From Bacteroidales bacterium (GTDB taxonomy: Bacteria > Bacteroidota > Bacteroidia > Bacteroidales > FEN-979), in assembly GCA_023229525.1 (NCBI GenBank), contig JALNZC010000019.1, forward strand, positions 4,914 through 68,913: 64,000 nt of DNA, in the 5' to 3' direction. Positions 20,553 to 30,137 of the stretch are shown here, piece after piece; position 1 is the stretch's first letter, and each line of letters starts with the position of its first letter. The notes under the pieces were generated by a model. That model was not told the origin of the DNA. It was given only the letters and a program-made list of their open reading frames with translations, and made no database searches. The translations under genes and the position numbers were made by a program.

Positions 20553-21125
20553 TTATTGATGCTTCTTTTCCAGTTTTTCAGCTAATTGGTACATGCGTCG
20601 GATTGCTTTGGCGCTCTTCATAGGTTTCACTCCCAGTGGGATTTTTCCTTTGAGCAGCGCCTTGGGGGCAAGGTGCATATCCTTGAAAAGATTGCGGGTA
20701 CGGATATTGAATTCGGCCATCATACGAAGCTCGTAGTTGCGGCCGTATCGTTTGATCATATCGAGAAAGATCTCATGGAATTTCCTGATCTCTTTTACTT
20801 TGGTTGAATCGTTCACATAATTCTCTTCTATCGCCAAATGACGGATGGCTTCCATTACAGCTGGAATCTCAATCTGGCGGGGGCAACGACCGGAACAGGC
20901 GGAACAGGTCAGACAAAACCAGGTTGAATTGGCCATATAAACTTCGTTCCGTTGTCCCAACTTGACGAGTTGTATGATCTCCCTCGGGGGAAAATCCATG
21001 TATTGCGATACCGGGCAGGTGGAGACGCATTTCCCGCACTGGTAACATTCAAGCACATTGGCACCGCTTCGTTGATTGACCTCGGCCAGCAAGGTGTTTT
21101 TTTCCTGTAATCCAAGTGTGATCAT
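20553..21125 (-). CDS. hdrC: Heterodisulfide reductase subunit C
   Basis: CYQCGKCVSTCP and WFCLTCSACSGRCP. Confidence 0.93.
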   Translation of the reverse strand: MITLGLQEKNTLLAEVNQRSGANVLECYQCGKCVSTCPVSQYMDFPPREIIQLVKLGQRNEVYMANSTWFCLTCSACSGRCPRQIEIPAVMEAIRHLAIEENYVNDSTKVKEIRKFHEIFLDMIKRYGRNYELRMMAEFNIRTRNLFKDMHLAPKALLKGKIPLGVKPMKSAKAIRRMYQLAEKLEKKHQ

Positions 21126-21207
21126 CGGTCTGGATATAATTTGGAATTGATCGGATTAACTTGAGCTTTATTCTGAATCAATCAATATTGTTAATTAATT
21201 CACAGCA

Positions 21208-21215
21208 CAAAGTTA
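21208..21215 (-). promoter_or_regulatory. -7 promoter box (TAACTTTG) for the hdr-flx operon
   Basis: Matches TAnnTTTG about 85 bp upstream of hdrC. Confidence 0.55.
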
Positions 21216-21309
21216 CTAAAAATAATTTTTGGAAAGATTCTAAATTTGGAATTACCTGTAGTTATAGATAAAAGCAGGCTTTCAGGTACGTTTCTTTTTC
21301 CTGAAACTG

Positions 21310-21556
21310 ACCGTTATATCAGGTTTCCTGACGCTAAGGGTCGGTACTTGTTCAGAGAGATCAAGACATTTTGCCCTACCCTGCCCTTGATTGTCCTAGC
21401 TGCCCATGTCACGTCAACCGACCAGAAAAAAGTGCAGAGGAGAGGTGCAATAACCACATCTCAAAACCGATCAGAAAGGAACAATTGTTACAGATGTTGT
21501 CAGGGTGCCTGGAAGGTCAGAATGTTTTTATGATTATTATTTTTCCATCTTCTTAG
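21310..21556 (+). pseudogene. Degenerate CheY-like receiver domain
   Basis: IRFPDAKGRYLFREIKTFCPTLPLIVLAAHV...DQKK, frameshift in an A6 run, then SAEERCNNHISKPIRKEQLLQML; N-terminal half missing. Confidence 0.6.
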
Positions 21557-21938
21557 TGAATTTTAAAGCGCAGAGGCTAAAGAGTCCAATAAAAAGTCCT
21601 GAAATAAGCCCAATGACAGGACCTGTCATAAGCATCATCAACCTGGGTGAATCAGGGAACGGCATGTGAGTCACCATGGCAGCTTCCTGGGGGTGATTTG
21701 TAAGGTAAGTCTCAAAAAATATAATATGAGCAGCTGTTACCCAGACCGAATTTACCAGACCTACGCACAAGCCATTCAGAAAATACTTTTCGGTGCATTT
21801 CTTTGCGATGATATACGCACATATGATAATAATGGCAAGCCAGCAAAAGGGTTCATTGGTTGATGAAATAAAAAACACGGTTGCAATTGCCATGGCTAAA
21901 CCGAATAGTGAAAGCTGCAAGATCAATTTTATTTTCAT
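21537..21938 (-). CDS. Small membrane protein of unknown function
   Basis: 133 aa, four hydrophobic helices, TATCTTTG -7 box at 21978-21985. Confidence 0.75.
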   Translation of the reverse strand: MKIKLILQLSLFGLAMAIATVFFISSTNEPFCWLAIIIICAYIIAKKCTEKYFLNGLCVGLVNSVWVTAAHIIFFETYLTNHPQEAAMVTHMPFPDSPRLMMLMTGPVIGLISGLFIGLFSLCALKFTKKMEK

Positions 21939-22149
21939 TTTTTAAATGTATGGTTTATGTTCGCTTGTATCCATGTTCAAAGATAAATATTAATGCTGTG
22001 GAATTAAAAGCCAGGTGATTGTTTTCTTAAAAGACCAAAACCACTACAGCTTACCCGGGAAAGAGGGTTGTAAATAAAAAGAAGTTGAAACGCGTACAAA
22101 CGGCCATAACATTGCTCCAAAGGAGATCTTGAGTAAGAAAAAAAATTGG

Positions 22150-22191
22150 AATAAAGAAAGGCGGCCTGGAATCAGGCCGCCTTTCTTTATT
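22150..22191 (-). terminator. Rho-independent terminator after tonB (potentially bidirectional)
   Basis: aataaagaaaggcggcctg-gaat-caggccgcctttctttatt, perfect 19-bp arms. Confidence 0.85.
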
Positions 22192-22212
22192 GTTGAAACA
22201 ACGTTAAACCTT

Positions 22213-22995
22213 TTACTGCAAGGTAAATTTAATGGGTAGGTTAAACTGAACACGAACCGGCACGCCGCGTTGTTTTCCGGGAATCCACTTGGGCATCGAC
22301 TTGACGACCCGGATGGCTTCCTCATCACAACCGCCACCGATCCCACGGAGGACACGCACATCAGTGATGGAGCCATCCACTTCCACTACGAAAGTTACGA
22401 ATACCTTTCCCTGAATACCCAATTCCTTGGCTTCTTCGGGATATTTAATATTCGATTGTAGAAAAGAGATACGGGCTTCTTCTCCACCAGGGTACCCGGG
22501 TTGTTCTTCTACTACCGTAAAAATTTCAGCCTGGACAGGCGTTTCAATTACTTTGGGCGCTTCTTCTTTTACCTGCACTTCAACGTCTTCCGTTGGCGCT
22601 TCAGTGTTGACCTTTTTATTCAGGTCATCCATGGAAGTTAATCCCGTTTCGATGGTGGTATCTTCCACAACGACAGGAGCGGTAAATTTTACTTTTTCCA
22701 CAAGGGCTTCGGGAGGAGGTGGTGGCGGAGGCGGTGGCGGAGCTTCTTCCTGCTTGAGGTTCTCCAGGGTAACGCCGACTTCCTTTTCTCTTTCCCTGAT
22801 CATCTTATTTTTGTTGATATATGCATTGATCAAAGGATAGGCGACCACGACACTTAAAAGTACAAGGCTAAAGATCATGGAAACCGTAACGTATTTACGG
22901 TATTTTTTTCGCAGCTGGTACGAACCGTATTCTTTATTCCTGTTCTTAAAAACAATTTCCTCCAGCGTCTCTACACGCTGTTTTTCAATTGCCAT
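22213..22995 (-). CDS. tonB: Energy transducer TonB
   Basis: FKNRNKEYGSYQLRK, TM helix, poly-Pro tract, C-terminal YPEEAKELGIQGKVFVTFVV...WIPGKQRG. Confidence 0.95.
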   Translation of the reverse strand: MAIEKQRVETLEEIVFKNRNKEYGSYQLRKKYRKYVTVSMIFSLVLLSVVVAYPLINAYINKNKMIREREKEVGVTLENLKQEEAPPPPPPPPPPEALVEKVKFTAPVVVEDTTIETGLTSMDDLNKKVNTEAPTEDVEVQVKEEAPKVIETPVQAEIFTVVEEQPGYPGGEEARISFLQSNIKYPEEAKELGIQGKVFVTFVVEVDGSITDVRVLRGIGGGCDEEAIRVVKSMPKWIPGKQRGVPVRVQFNLPIKFTLQ

Positions 22996-23035
22996 ACAAT
23001 TATGTTTTTAAAGTGTTAAAAAACATCATCATGAA

Positions 23036-23674
23036 TTATTTGGGAGCATTCTTTACCATTTGAATCTCCAGGGGAGCAAGATCCACCACGGCGTAGCTGG
23101 CAATGTTGCAGATGGCCATTTCGTCGATGATATTTACAATGTCCTTGTATTTGGCTTTTTCGTCAGCCTTGATAAGGACGATCGGTCCTTTCTTGTCTTC
23201 CTTCTTAAATCTTTTGATCGTATTATCGGCTGTTGTATCGGCCACTACCAATTTCCCTGTCAACCGTTTATCGCGGAATTCAGCGATCTTTGTAAAAAGA
23301 TCCTTATTCCTCAGTAACAACACTTTACGAATGCCGTCTTTACTGAAATCTGATTTGATCAGGTCAGGTAATGGGAGTTTTTTGGGATCAGCCAGACCCT
23401 GGTAGAAATACACCTTGTCGTCGCCTGTAAGCAATATATTAAGGGTTCGTTCGGCGGAGATTCTCGGGGCCTCTTTGGGTTTGTCTTGCTGATCCTTTTC
23501 CGGCATGGTGATCACCATAACCTTGGGTTTGCTAAAGGCAGTTGTGAGCATGAAGAAGGTAATGAGCAAACACATCAGGTCGACCATAGGGGTCATATCG
23601 ATGCGGGTGCTGTGTTTCTTCGGTTTTCGCTTACCACCTTTTTTTCCTTTTTCCTCAACAATTATTTCACCCAT
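23036..23674 (-). CDS. exbD: Biopolymer transporter ExbD
   Basis: RIDMTPMVDLMCLLITFFMLTT; IKADEKAKYKDIVNIIDEM. Confidence 0.92.
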   Translation of the reverse strand: MGEIIVEEKGKKGGKRKPKKHSTRIDMTPMVDLMCLLITFFMLTTAFSKPKVMVITMPEKDQQDKPKEAPRISAERTLNILLTGDDKVYFYQGLADPKKLPLPDLIKSDFSKDGIRKVLLLRNKDLFTKIAEFRDKRLTGKLVVADTTADNTIKRFKKEDKKGPIVLIKADEKAKYKDIVNIIDEMAICNIASYAVVDLAPLEIQMVKNAPK

Positions 23675-23709
23675 TTTATTTTCTTTTTAAGGGTTAAAAC
23701 CGCATTACC

Positions 23710-24345
23710 TTACTTTGGTAAATCTTTCATCGTGATCTCTTCCATTTGAAGATTGGTAACGAGATTAAACTTATTCACCTTGTTTTCCTGCAATAAATCC
23801 ATTATTTTCTTCACATCAGTATAAGGGGTATCAGCATCTCCTTTGATGGCAACTTCCGCGCCTAAATTGGTAAGTCGGGCCATACGTATCCACCAGGCCA
23901 GTTGGTTATCGGTCGAATCCATGGGAATTCCTGTCTGGAGTTTATCCCGCACTTTCGAGTCGGTGGCATTGATCCAGGCTTTGACATCTTTGATCGGCAT
24001 GCCGAAGGAAGACATTTTCCCGAATTTATCCAGTTGTTTGGCATCAAAGGTAATTTTATACTGTTCCCCCATTTTTACCAGCAACTTTGCCCGGAAGTGG
24101 GTAGAGGTATCTTTCCCGTTATCAATGTTAAAGAAAACCTTACCTTCTTTGGAAATGAAGATCGTCATGATATCATTATCCGGCGCCTGCTTTTCGGAAA
24201 CCGACGATGGTGTTGTGATCGGAGCGGCTTCCTGGGGACGGAACGACGTAGTAAGCATGAAGAATGTAAGCAGCAAGGAAAACAAATCCACCATAGGCGT
24301 CATATCTATGTGCGGAGATCTTGCGGGAGCTTTAATTTTTGGCAT
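23710..24345 (-). CDS. exbD: Biopolymer transporter ExbD
   Basis: HIDMTPMVDLFSLLLTFFMLTT; IKGDADTPYTDVKKIMD. Confidence 0.92.
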   Translation of the reverse strand: MPKIKAPARSPHIDMTPMVDLFSLLLTFFMLTTSFRPQEAAPITTPSSVSEKQAPDNDIMTIFISKEGKVFFNIDNGKDTSTHFRAKLLVKMGEQYKITFDAKQLDKFGKMSSFGMPIKDVKAWINATDSKVRDKLQTGIPMDSTDNQLAWWIRMARLTNLGAEVAIKGDADTPYTDVKKIMDLLQENKVNKFNLVTNLQMEEITMKDLPK

Positions 24346-24361
24346 GGAGTTTCGCTTTTAA

Positions 24362-25183
24362 TTACTTGGTAGCGGCTGCAAATGACTGAACAAGGCTGAA
24401 ACCGGCTTCATCGATTTTATAGGTGAAGCTATCGATTTGAGTCGAGAAAAAGTTATACATGACAATCGCGAGCAAAGAACCGAAAATACCAAAAGCTGTA
24501 TTGATAAGGGCTTCAGAGATACCGGTTGCCAGAGCAAGGGCGTCGGGTGCTCCGGCAGTAGCAAGAGCGCCAAAGGCCTTGATCATACCAAGTACCGTTC
24601 CCATAAGACCCGTTAACACAGAGATGGAGGCGATGGTGGAAAGGATGACCAGGTTACGCGAAAGCATCGGTAATTCGAGGGCGGTTGCTTCTTCAAATTC
24701 TTTCTGCAGAGCCAAAATTTTCTGATCTTTTTCCAGTGTAGTGTCTTTTTGAAGGGTACGATAACGAAGTAAACCGGCTTTCATTACATTGGCCAGGGAA
24801 CCGCGTTGTTTATCACAAGATGCCACGGCGTTTTCAATTTTATCCTCATTCAGAAAATCCTGCAGTCCCTTGACAAACACATTGATCCTGCCTTTTCCTT
24901 TGGCACGGGTAATAGAGATGGCACGCTCAATGGAGAAGATGATAACCAGTAAATTTAAACCAATCAGGAAGGGAACGATCATCCCCCCTTTGTAGATAAT
25001 ACCCAAATAGTTACCGGGAAGCGGGGAGCCAGCCGGATTGTTGCCTTCAAAGTTTATCGGGTTACCCATGATCAGTTTAAAAACCACAAAACCTGCAATG
25101 AAAGCCACAACAATCGCTATCAGCGTAAAGGTCGATCTTAAAGCGTCTCCCAAAGAGCCGCCCTTGTTATTTTTTTTGCTCAT
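24362..25183 (-). CDS. exbB: MotA/TolQ/ExbB proton channel protein
   Basis: GLMGTVLGMIKAF...GISEALINTAFG. Confidence 0.93.
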   Translation of the reverse strand: MSKKNNKGGSLGDALRSTFTLIAIVVAFIAGFVVFKLIMGNPINFEGNNPAGSPLPGNYLGIIYKGGMIVPFLIGLNLLVIIFSIERAISITRAKGKGRINVFVKGLQDFLNEDKIENAVASCDKQRGSLANVMKAGLLRYRTLQKDTTLEKDQKILALQKEFEEATALELPMLSRNLVILSTIASISVLTGLMGTVLGMIKAFGALATAGAPDALALATGISEALINTAFGIFGSLLAIVMYNFFSTQIDSFTYKIDEAGFSLVQSFAAATK

Positions 25184-25244
25184 TGTTAAAAAGTTTTAGA
25201 TAATAATGTTTGAATTATTGGAATATCTTATAATAAAAGGCTCG

Positions 25245-25275
25245 CAAATATAAAAAAATTATAAAAGAAATCAAA
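25245..25275 (-). promoter_or_regulatory. Bacteroidota -33/-7 promoter for exbB-exbD-exbD-tonB
   Basis: TTTG (25272-25275), 19-nt spacer, TATATTTG (25245-25252). Confidence 0.7.
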
Positions 25276-25281
25276 CAGTTG

Positions 25282-26976
25282 CTATTTGACTTTGTCTTTT
25301 AATACATCCATGATCTGTTTGGCTTTTTCCGCTTTTTCGTCATTGGGGTCTATGGCATTAACACGCGCGCCATATTCCACCGCTTTGATCGCGAACTCTT
25401 TGTCCTTGGTCTGGTTGTATTGCAAAAAATTATAAAAGGCTAAAAAATAATAAGCTTCTATTCTTTCTTTGGCATATTTTGCCGTATCGGCCTGGGTCTT
25501 TTCCAGAATGGTTTCGTAAATCGGTTTTGCCAAGCCGAGTTTACTGTCGGGATCAAGATTTGATCTTGCCCTGGCATGCCATACCCATCCCTGGATGTAT
25601 TCGGGTTGCATGCTGTTAAAAATAGCCAGGTTGGTGTCGGATTTTACATAATCCTGAATACTGTAATAAACCTTCCCCAGATTATAGTAATCCATCGCAC
25701 CACCTTTATTCAAATTAATTTTCTTTTCATATAGTTCCCTTGCCTTTTCGTATTTTTTCACTTTGGTCCAGCATAGTGCAGCTTCTGAAATCAGCTCTGT
25801 TTTGGTGGTATCGAGCGAGTATGCTTTTAAAAGTTGTTCCGGAGCAAGCGAATCCAACTTCATTTTTGCCAGACTCCTGCCATAATAAACATAATCGAGG
25901 GCGCGGATTTTCGACGGGGTCGCATTTGCAATAAATTTACGGATGGAGGCCAGGGCTTTATCATACTGCTGAGTCTCAAAGTATGAATAAGCAAGCGCCC
26001 GGTTAACATCATTGTCGGACGTGTCAACTTTTAAAATTTCTTTGAGCTGGGTAATGGCTTCCTGGTAATCATTAAGATCGATCAGGATATTTACAAACTG
26101 CTTGCGCGCTGATGTATTACGCGAAAGTTGAAGGAATTTATAAAAATTGGCCTTGGCTTCTTCCTGTCTGCCGGCACGGGAAAGTAATAGTCCCATTTCA
26201 CGGTAAGCCGGAGCAAACGTGGAATCCATCTTCACTACCTGTTCATAATAATTAAGTGCATTGGTATATTGCCTTGCCCTGAGCCATAGCAGTCCAACCC
26301 GTAGCTTGGCTTCCGGCGACATTGGATCAAGATTCTGAGCCATATTGTAACTGGAAATGGCTTTTGATCCGTCGTTCAACATATAAAAATAAACATCTCC
26401 TTTAACGATAAAGAGCTCAGGGTTTTTACTGTCCAGTTTTTCAGCACTGCGTAAAAGGGCAAAAACATTGGCCGTGTCCCTTACCTTGGCAGTCACATAT
26501 GCCCCAGCCATTTCGATCAGCACTTTAGCTTGCCGGGCTGGCGCCATTTTGATGCTTTTATTTGCCTTCGAGGGCAATAAGGCCATCGCCTTTGCAAAAT
26601 AATCCAGGGCCATGGGCGTTTGCTTTTTAATCAGTGACAACCCTCCAAGACCGATATAATTTATAGGATTTGTAGGATCGCGGGTGATGCCCAGTTCATA
26701 AATTACCTTTGCAGAGTCTGCCTTTTCCTCAAAAGAAACATTGAGCGTGTCGGAAAAAAATTTGTCTAAAAAATTCTGCCCGTAATAATAGTAGATATCG
26801 CCATCACCGGGTGTCTGCTTGATAAGCGTTTTAAACATGGAACTGGCTGCGGAAAATTGTTCGCTTTTAATCAATTTGATGGCAGTGTTCAAATCCTGTG
26901 CGGATGTTCGCATGAGAAAAGGGGAAAAGATCAGGAAGGCTAAAGTTCCGGTAAGCAGTTTAACAAATCTGGACAT
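25282..26976 (-). CDS. Tetratricopeptide repeat protein, exported
   Basis: Signal peptide and many TPR-like helical repeats; usual neighbour of the Bacteroidota exbBD-tonB locus. Confidence 0.88.
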   Translation of the reverse strand: MSRFVKLLTGTLAFLIFSPFLMRTSAQDLNTAIKLIKSEQFSAASSMFKTLIKQTPGDGDIYYYYGQNFLDKFFSDTLNVSFEEKADSAKVIYELGITRDPTNPINYIGLGGLSLIKKQTPMALDYFAKAMALLPSKANKSIKMAPARQAKVLIEMAGAYVTAKVRDTANVFALLRSAEKLDSKNPELFIVKGDVYFYMLNDGSKAISSYNMAQNLDPMSPEAKLRVGLLWLRARQYTNALNYYEQVVKMDSTFAPAYREMGLLLSRAGRQEEAKANFYKFLQLSRNTSARKQFVNILIDLNDYQEAITQLKEILKVDTSDNDVNRALAYSYFETQQYDKALASIRKFIANATPSKIRALDYVYYGRSLAKMKLDSLAPEQLLKAYSLDTTKTELISEAALCWTKVKKYEKARELYEKKINLNKGGAMDYYNLGKVYYSIQDYVKSDTNLAIFNSMQPEYIQGWVWHARARSNLDPDSKLGLAKPIYETILEKTQADTAKYAKERIEAYYFLAFYNFLQYNQTKDKEFAIKAVEYGARVNAIDPNDEKAEKAKQIMDVLKDKVK

Positions 26977-26993
26977 AAAAATTTCTCCTCTAT

Positions 26994-27950
26994 TTAATGT
27001 TTTAATTCAATAATCCGAACGGGCATTGCAGCTGGAACCAGGCCTGAATGTAAAATGATAAGCTGACCTTTCTCGCCTGCGACAAACGATGAAAAACCAA
27101 ACGCCATCCCGGTATATGATTGGCGGTTAATACAATATACTTCACGGGTAAACGGATACGAACCTTCTGCAATATAGCCCTGATACGGCCGGTAAAAACG
27201 CGTTTCCGGATTATTGTCGCCCTCCAGTGAAATCCCTGCAACCTTAATCCGCTTTAAAAAATTATTCGAAACCGTATCCTGGTTGTCACTGATCCAGTTA
27301 ACACTGACAACTCCGATGGCATTTTTATTGTTTTCAACATAATTGATCACTTCCTCATTATTTTGTACGGCAGAACAGGTGGCCGGAAATGAATCTATCG
27401 CAAATTTTTCTTTGAAATACCTTGGATTACTCGATTTGAAATGATCGAAGACCATTTTCAGCGCACCCAGTTTTGATTTTGGATTTACCTGTTTCCAGTT
27501 GGTAATTTTCCCCAGGAAAATATCCTTTACCGTTTGGTAAAATAAAGCAGTATCCGTATTCTCTTTGTTTACAATGAGGGCAACGGCATCGTGCGCAATA
27601 AGGGTAGTTTTCGGAATATATTGTATCGATTTAAGATAAGCTACTTGTTTTTCACTAAGTTTCCGGTTCACAATAATAAGAGGAACAGAATCGTTCATAA
27701 AATCATTAATGACATCCGCTTCGGTTTTATATTGGGCGTCGATATGGGCATATTTGTAAATCGATTCAAAGGTATAGGTCTCCGCCTCAATGAGCAATCT
27801 GTAAGATTCATCAACACCTACCTTGATCCGCCCACTCGTAGGGGTATCTGTATTCTTTTGACCGGAATTATCACAGGCCGTCAGAAATAATAGGAATAAC
27901 AATCCTGAAGCCGGAAATATCCGGTTTATGAGCCAGATTTGCATTTTCAT
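26994..27950 (-). CDS. PstS-like substrate-binding lipoprotein
   Basis: Lipobox LTAC; DTPTSGRIKVGVDES, IAHDAVALIVN, YPFTREVY. Confidence 0.85.
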   Translation of the reverse strand: MKMQIWLINRIFPASGLLFLLFLTACDNSGQKNTDTPTSGRIKVGVDESYRLLIEAETYTFESIYKYAHIDAQYKTEADVINDFMNDSVPLIIVNRKLSEKQVAYLKSIQYIPKTTLIAHDAVALIVNKENTDTALFYQTVKDIFLGKITNWKQVNPKSKLGALKMVFDHFKSSNPRYFKEKFAIDSFPATCSAVQNNEEVINYVENNKNAIGVVSVNWISDNQDTVSNNFLKRIKVAGISLEGDNNPETRFYRPYQGYIAEGSYPFTREVYCINRQSYTGMAFGFSSFVAGEKGQLIILHSGLVPAAMPVRIIELKH

Positions 27951-28075
27951 TGCTTAATTGCTAAAAATCAGATGATTCTTAAGTAACAACACAAATTTAT
28001 CAAATTTATTATTGTTCTTTCTCTTTTCAGGAAATAAAAGTACGGTAAAACTAAGAATTGTCAAGGGAATTTTGA

Positions 28076-28273
28076 TTATTCTTCGTTGTTTTCCCTGTTT
28101 TTTGTCCAGATGCGGGCAAGACGGAATCCACCGTAGAGAAACAGGACGACCGCAAAAATAACTTTTATTTCACCGGAAAGGTACTGAAATCTGGGGCTTA
28201 CAAGGATAAATACGCCCAGGAAAAAATAGAGGAGGATAACAATATAGGAAAAATATTTTGAGAACTTTTGCAT
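28076..28273 (-). CDS. Small two-TM membrane protein
   Basis: MQKFSKYFSYIVILLYFFLG...LYGGFRLAR; Met at 28273 follows the upstream stop. Confidence 0.65.
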   Translation of the reverse strand: MQKFSKYFSYIVILLYFFLGVFILVSPRFQYLSGEIKVIFAVVLFLYGGFRLARIWTKNRENNEE

Positions 28274-28277
28274 TTCT

Positions 28278-28607
28278 TTAATGATGAACCTGCCAATAAG
28301 GAATTTCCCATTGATCCGGCCACTGATACCAATATGCGGGTGAGACCACTTGTCCGTCTTTCCGGAATAGTTTTTTCTGATATAATACGACAGTAGGATT
28401 GACTGTGATATCTGTAATCCCAATGATGAAAGTATTCAGGGGAGATCCGTCCTTGGCCTTTTCACCTTCGGTTTTTACTTCATACCCTTTGAATGAAAGA
28501 AGGTCTTTAAGGAATACGACCCGTTCCACCGTGGCCCCTGATTCAATGACCGTGCAGGACACACCTTCGATGCCCGTTACCGTATGTTTGCCTTTTAACG
28601 CTACCAT
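28278..28607 (-). CDS. Conserved hypothetical protein
   Basis: 109 aa ORF, co-oriented downstream of nuoN, normal composition. Confidence 0.7.
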   Translation of the reverse strand: MVALKGKHTVTGIEGVSCTVIESGATVERVVFLKDLLSFKGYEVKTEGEKAKDGSPLNTFIIGITDITVNPTVVLYQKKLFRKDGQVVSPAYWYQWPDQWEIPYWQVHH

Positions 28608-28638
28608 AACTTTTTTTCTCCATTGAAATTTTTACCTT

Positions 28639-28666
28639 GTTGAGACGCATTGCAATGCGTCTCAAC
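28639..28666. repeat. Perfect 28-bp palindrome, REP-like (GTWGAGACGCA family)
   Basis: gttgagacgcattg|caatgcgtctcaac directly after the nuoN stop. Confidence 0.7.
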
Positions 28667-28671
28667 GGCTA

Positions 28672-30081
28672 TTAATATAATCCAAAACTCAGGTTGTACA
28701 CCATTTCATAAACAGAACTGGCAAATCCCACCACAACCATGCCGGCAACACAAATAAGCAATCCGATCCGTGTATATCCGTCGCTTTTGAAATATGAAAT
28801 CGGGCGATCGCTGTTGTTCAGTAACATCGCTTTGATCACCAACAGGTAATAGTACAATGAAATGATGGTGTTGATCAGGGCAATCAGGACCAGGATGTAG
28901 TAACCTTGCTTGGCTGCAGCTGTAAATAAGAAAAACTTGCCAAAAAATCCTGCCAGTGGGGGTATTCCCGCCAGTGAAAAGAGCGACAACATCATGACAA
29001 GGCTTAGGTTGGGATTCGTGCGATACAATCCATCGTAATCATCGATCGTCTCTTTTCCGGTGCGGTTCGAAATGATGCTGACGACACCGAAGGCCCCCAG
29101 GTTTGAAAATATGTAAACCAGGACGAAATAAATCACTGTGGTCATCCCCACCTGGCTTTGTCCGATAATACCGAGTAAAATAAATCCTGCCTGCGCAATG
29201 GAAGAAAAGGCCAGAAATCTTTTCAAATTCCGTTGACGCATGGCAAACAGATTTCCAACGGTAATGGTCAGTATCGTAATAATGTAGAGAACTTCACTCC
29301 ACAAAACAGCAATTTTATAGAATACAGTATATAATATAATGGTGAAAATAAAAACTGCCGCCCCTTTTGAAATCACCGAAAGATAGGAGGCAACATTTAC
29401 CGGCGCCCCTTCATAAACGTCGGCAGTCCACAGGTGGAATGGCACAAGCGAAATTTTAAAAGCCATGCCTGTAAAAAAGAAAATAAACGCGAGGATCTGA
29501 AGGGGCGACCCTGTGATCAGAGGGGCTATATCGGTAAAATACATGGTTCCGGTGGTTCCGTAAATCATGGAAAGTCCATACAGTAAAATTCCGGATGAGA
29601 GTGCGGAAATAAAGATCAATTTAACGCCTGCTTCAGCCGATTTTTCCTTTAAACGTTCATATGCGGCCAGCGCTGCAATTGGGATGGTTGCCAACTCAAG
29701 TCCCAAATAAAACATAAGGAAATCACCGGCCGAGATCATATAATTCATCCCAATAAGGGTCGATAGAATGAGCAAAAAGAACTCGCTGATTTTTTCTTTG
29801 TTCTGCTCTTGTTTCAACCAATCTACCGACTGGATAAAAACGATAAGCACCCCGATATTCAGGATGTTTTTGAGCATGATGGTCAGGGCGGTCGATTGGT
29901 ACATCCCCCCGAAAAGAATCCCCGGAGTTCCGGGAATAAACCCAATAACGGTCACGGCCGCCATCAGAAGAATGGCAGGAAGAATGATTTTACGTTTCTC
30001 TGTATTGGGCAGGAAAATTTCGACAATCATCAGGATTACCGTGATAACCACCAGCAGTAATTCGTGTCTCATTATCAGCAT
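28672..30081 (-). CDS. nuoN: NADH-quinone oxidoreductase subunit N
   Basis: SAEAGVK, FKISLVPFHLWTADVYEGAP, SLAGIPPLAGFFGK. Confidence 0.96.
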   Translation of the reverse strand: MLIMRHELLLVVITVILMIVEIFLPNTEKRKIILPAILLMAAVTVIGFIPGTPGILFGGMYQSTALTIMLKNILNIGVLIVFIQSVDWLKQEQNKEKISEFFLLILSTLIGMNYMISAGDFLMFYLGLELATIPIAALAAYERLKEKSAEAGVKLIFISALSSGILLYGLSMIYGTTGTMYFTDIAPLITGSPLQILAFIFFFTGMAFKISLVPFHLWTADVYEGAPVNVASYLSVISKGAAVFIFTIILYTVFYKIAVLWSEVLYIITILTITVGNLFAMRQRNLKRFLAFSSIAQAGFILLGIIGQSQVGMTTVIYFVLVYIFSNLGAFGVVSIISNRTGKETIDDYDGLYRTNPNLSLVMMLSLFSLAGIPPLAGFFGKFFLFTAAAKQGYYILVLIALINTIISLYYYLLVIKAMLLNNSDRPISYFKSDGYTRIGLLICVAGMVVVGFASSVYEMVYNLSFGLY

Positions 30082-30098
30082 CGTTCAGAAATTTTTAT

Positions 30099-30133
30099 TC
30101 GTAAATCTAATATCGTAAATCGTAAATCTAAAA
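30099..30133 (+). repeat. Five tandem heptamers (TCGTAAA/TCTAAAA)
   Basis: tcgtaaa tctaata tcgtaaa tcgtaaa tctaaaa in the nuoM-nuoN spacer. Confidence 0.8.
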
Positions 30134-30137
30134 TTCA

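Noticed and set aside
17624-21125. Methanogenesis or sulfate reduction implied by hdrABC
   Set aside because: The context is Bacteroidota; no mcr, dsr, apr or qmo genes are in the window.
22711-22745. GC-rich triplet repeat
   Set aside because: It encodes the normal TonB poly-proline tract.
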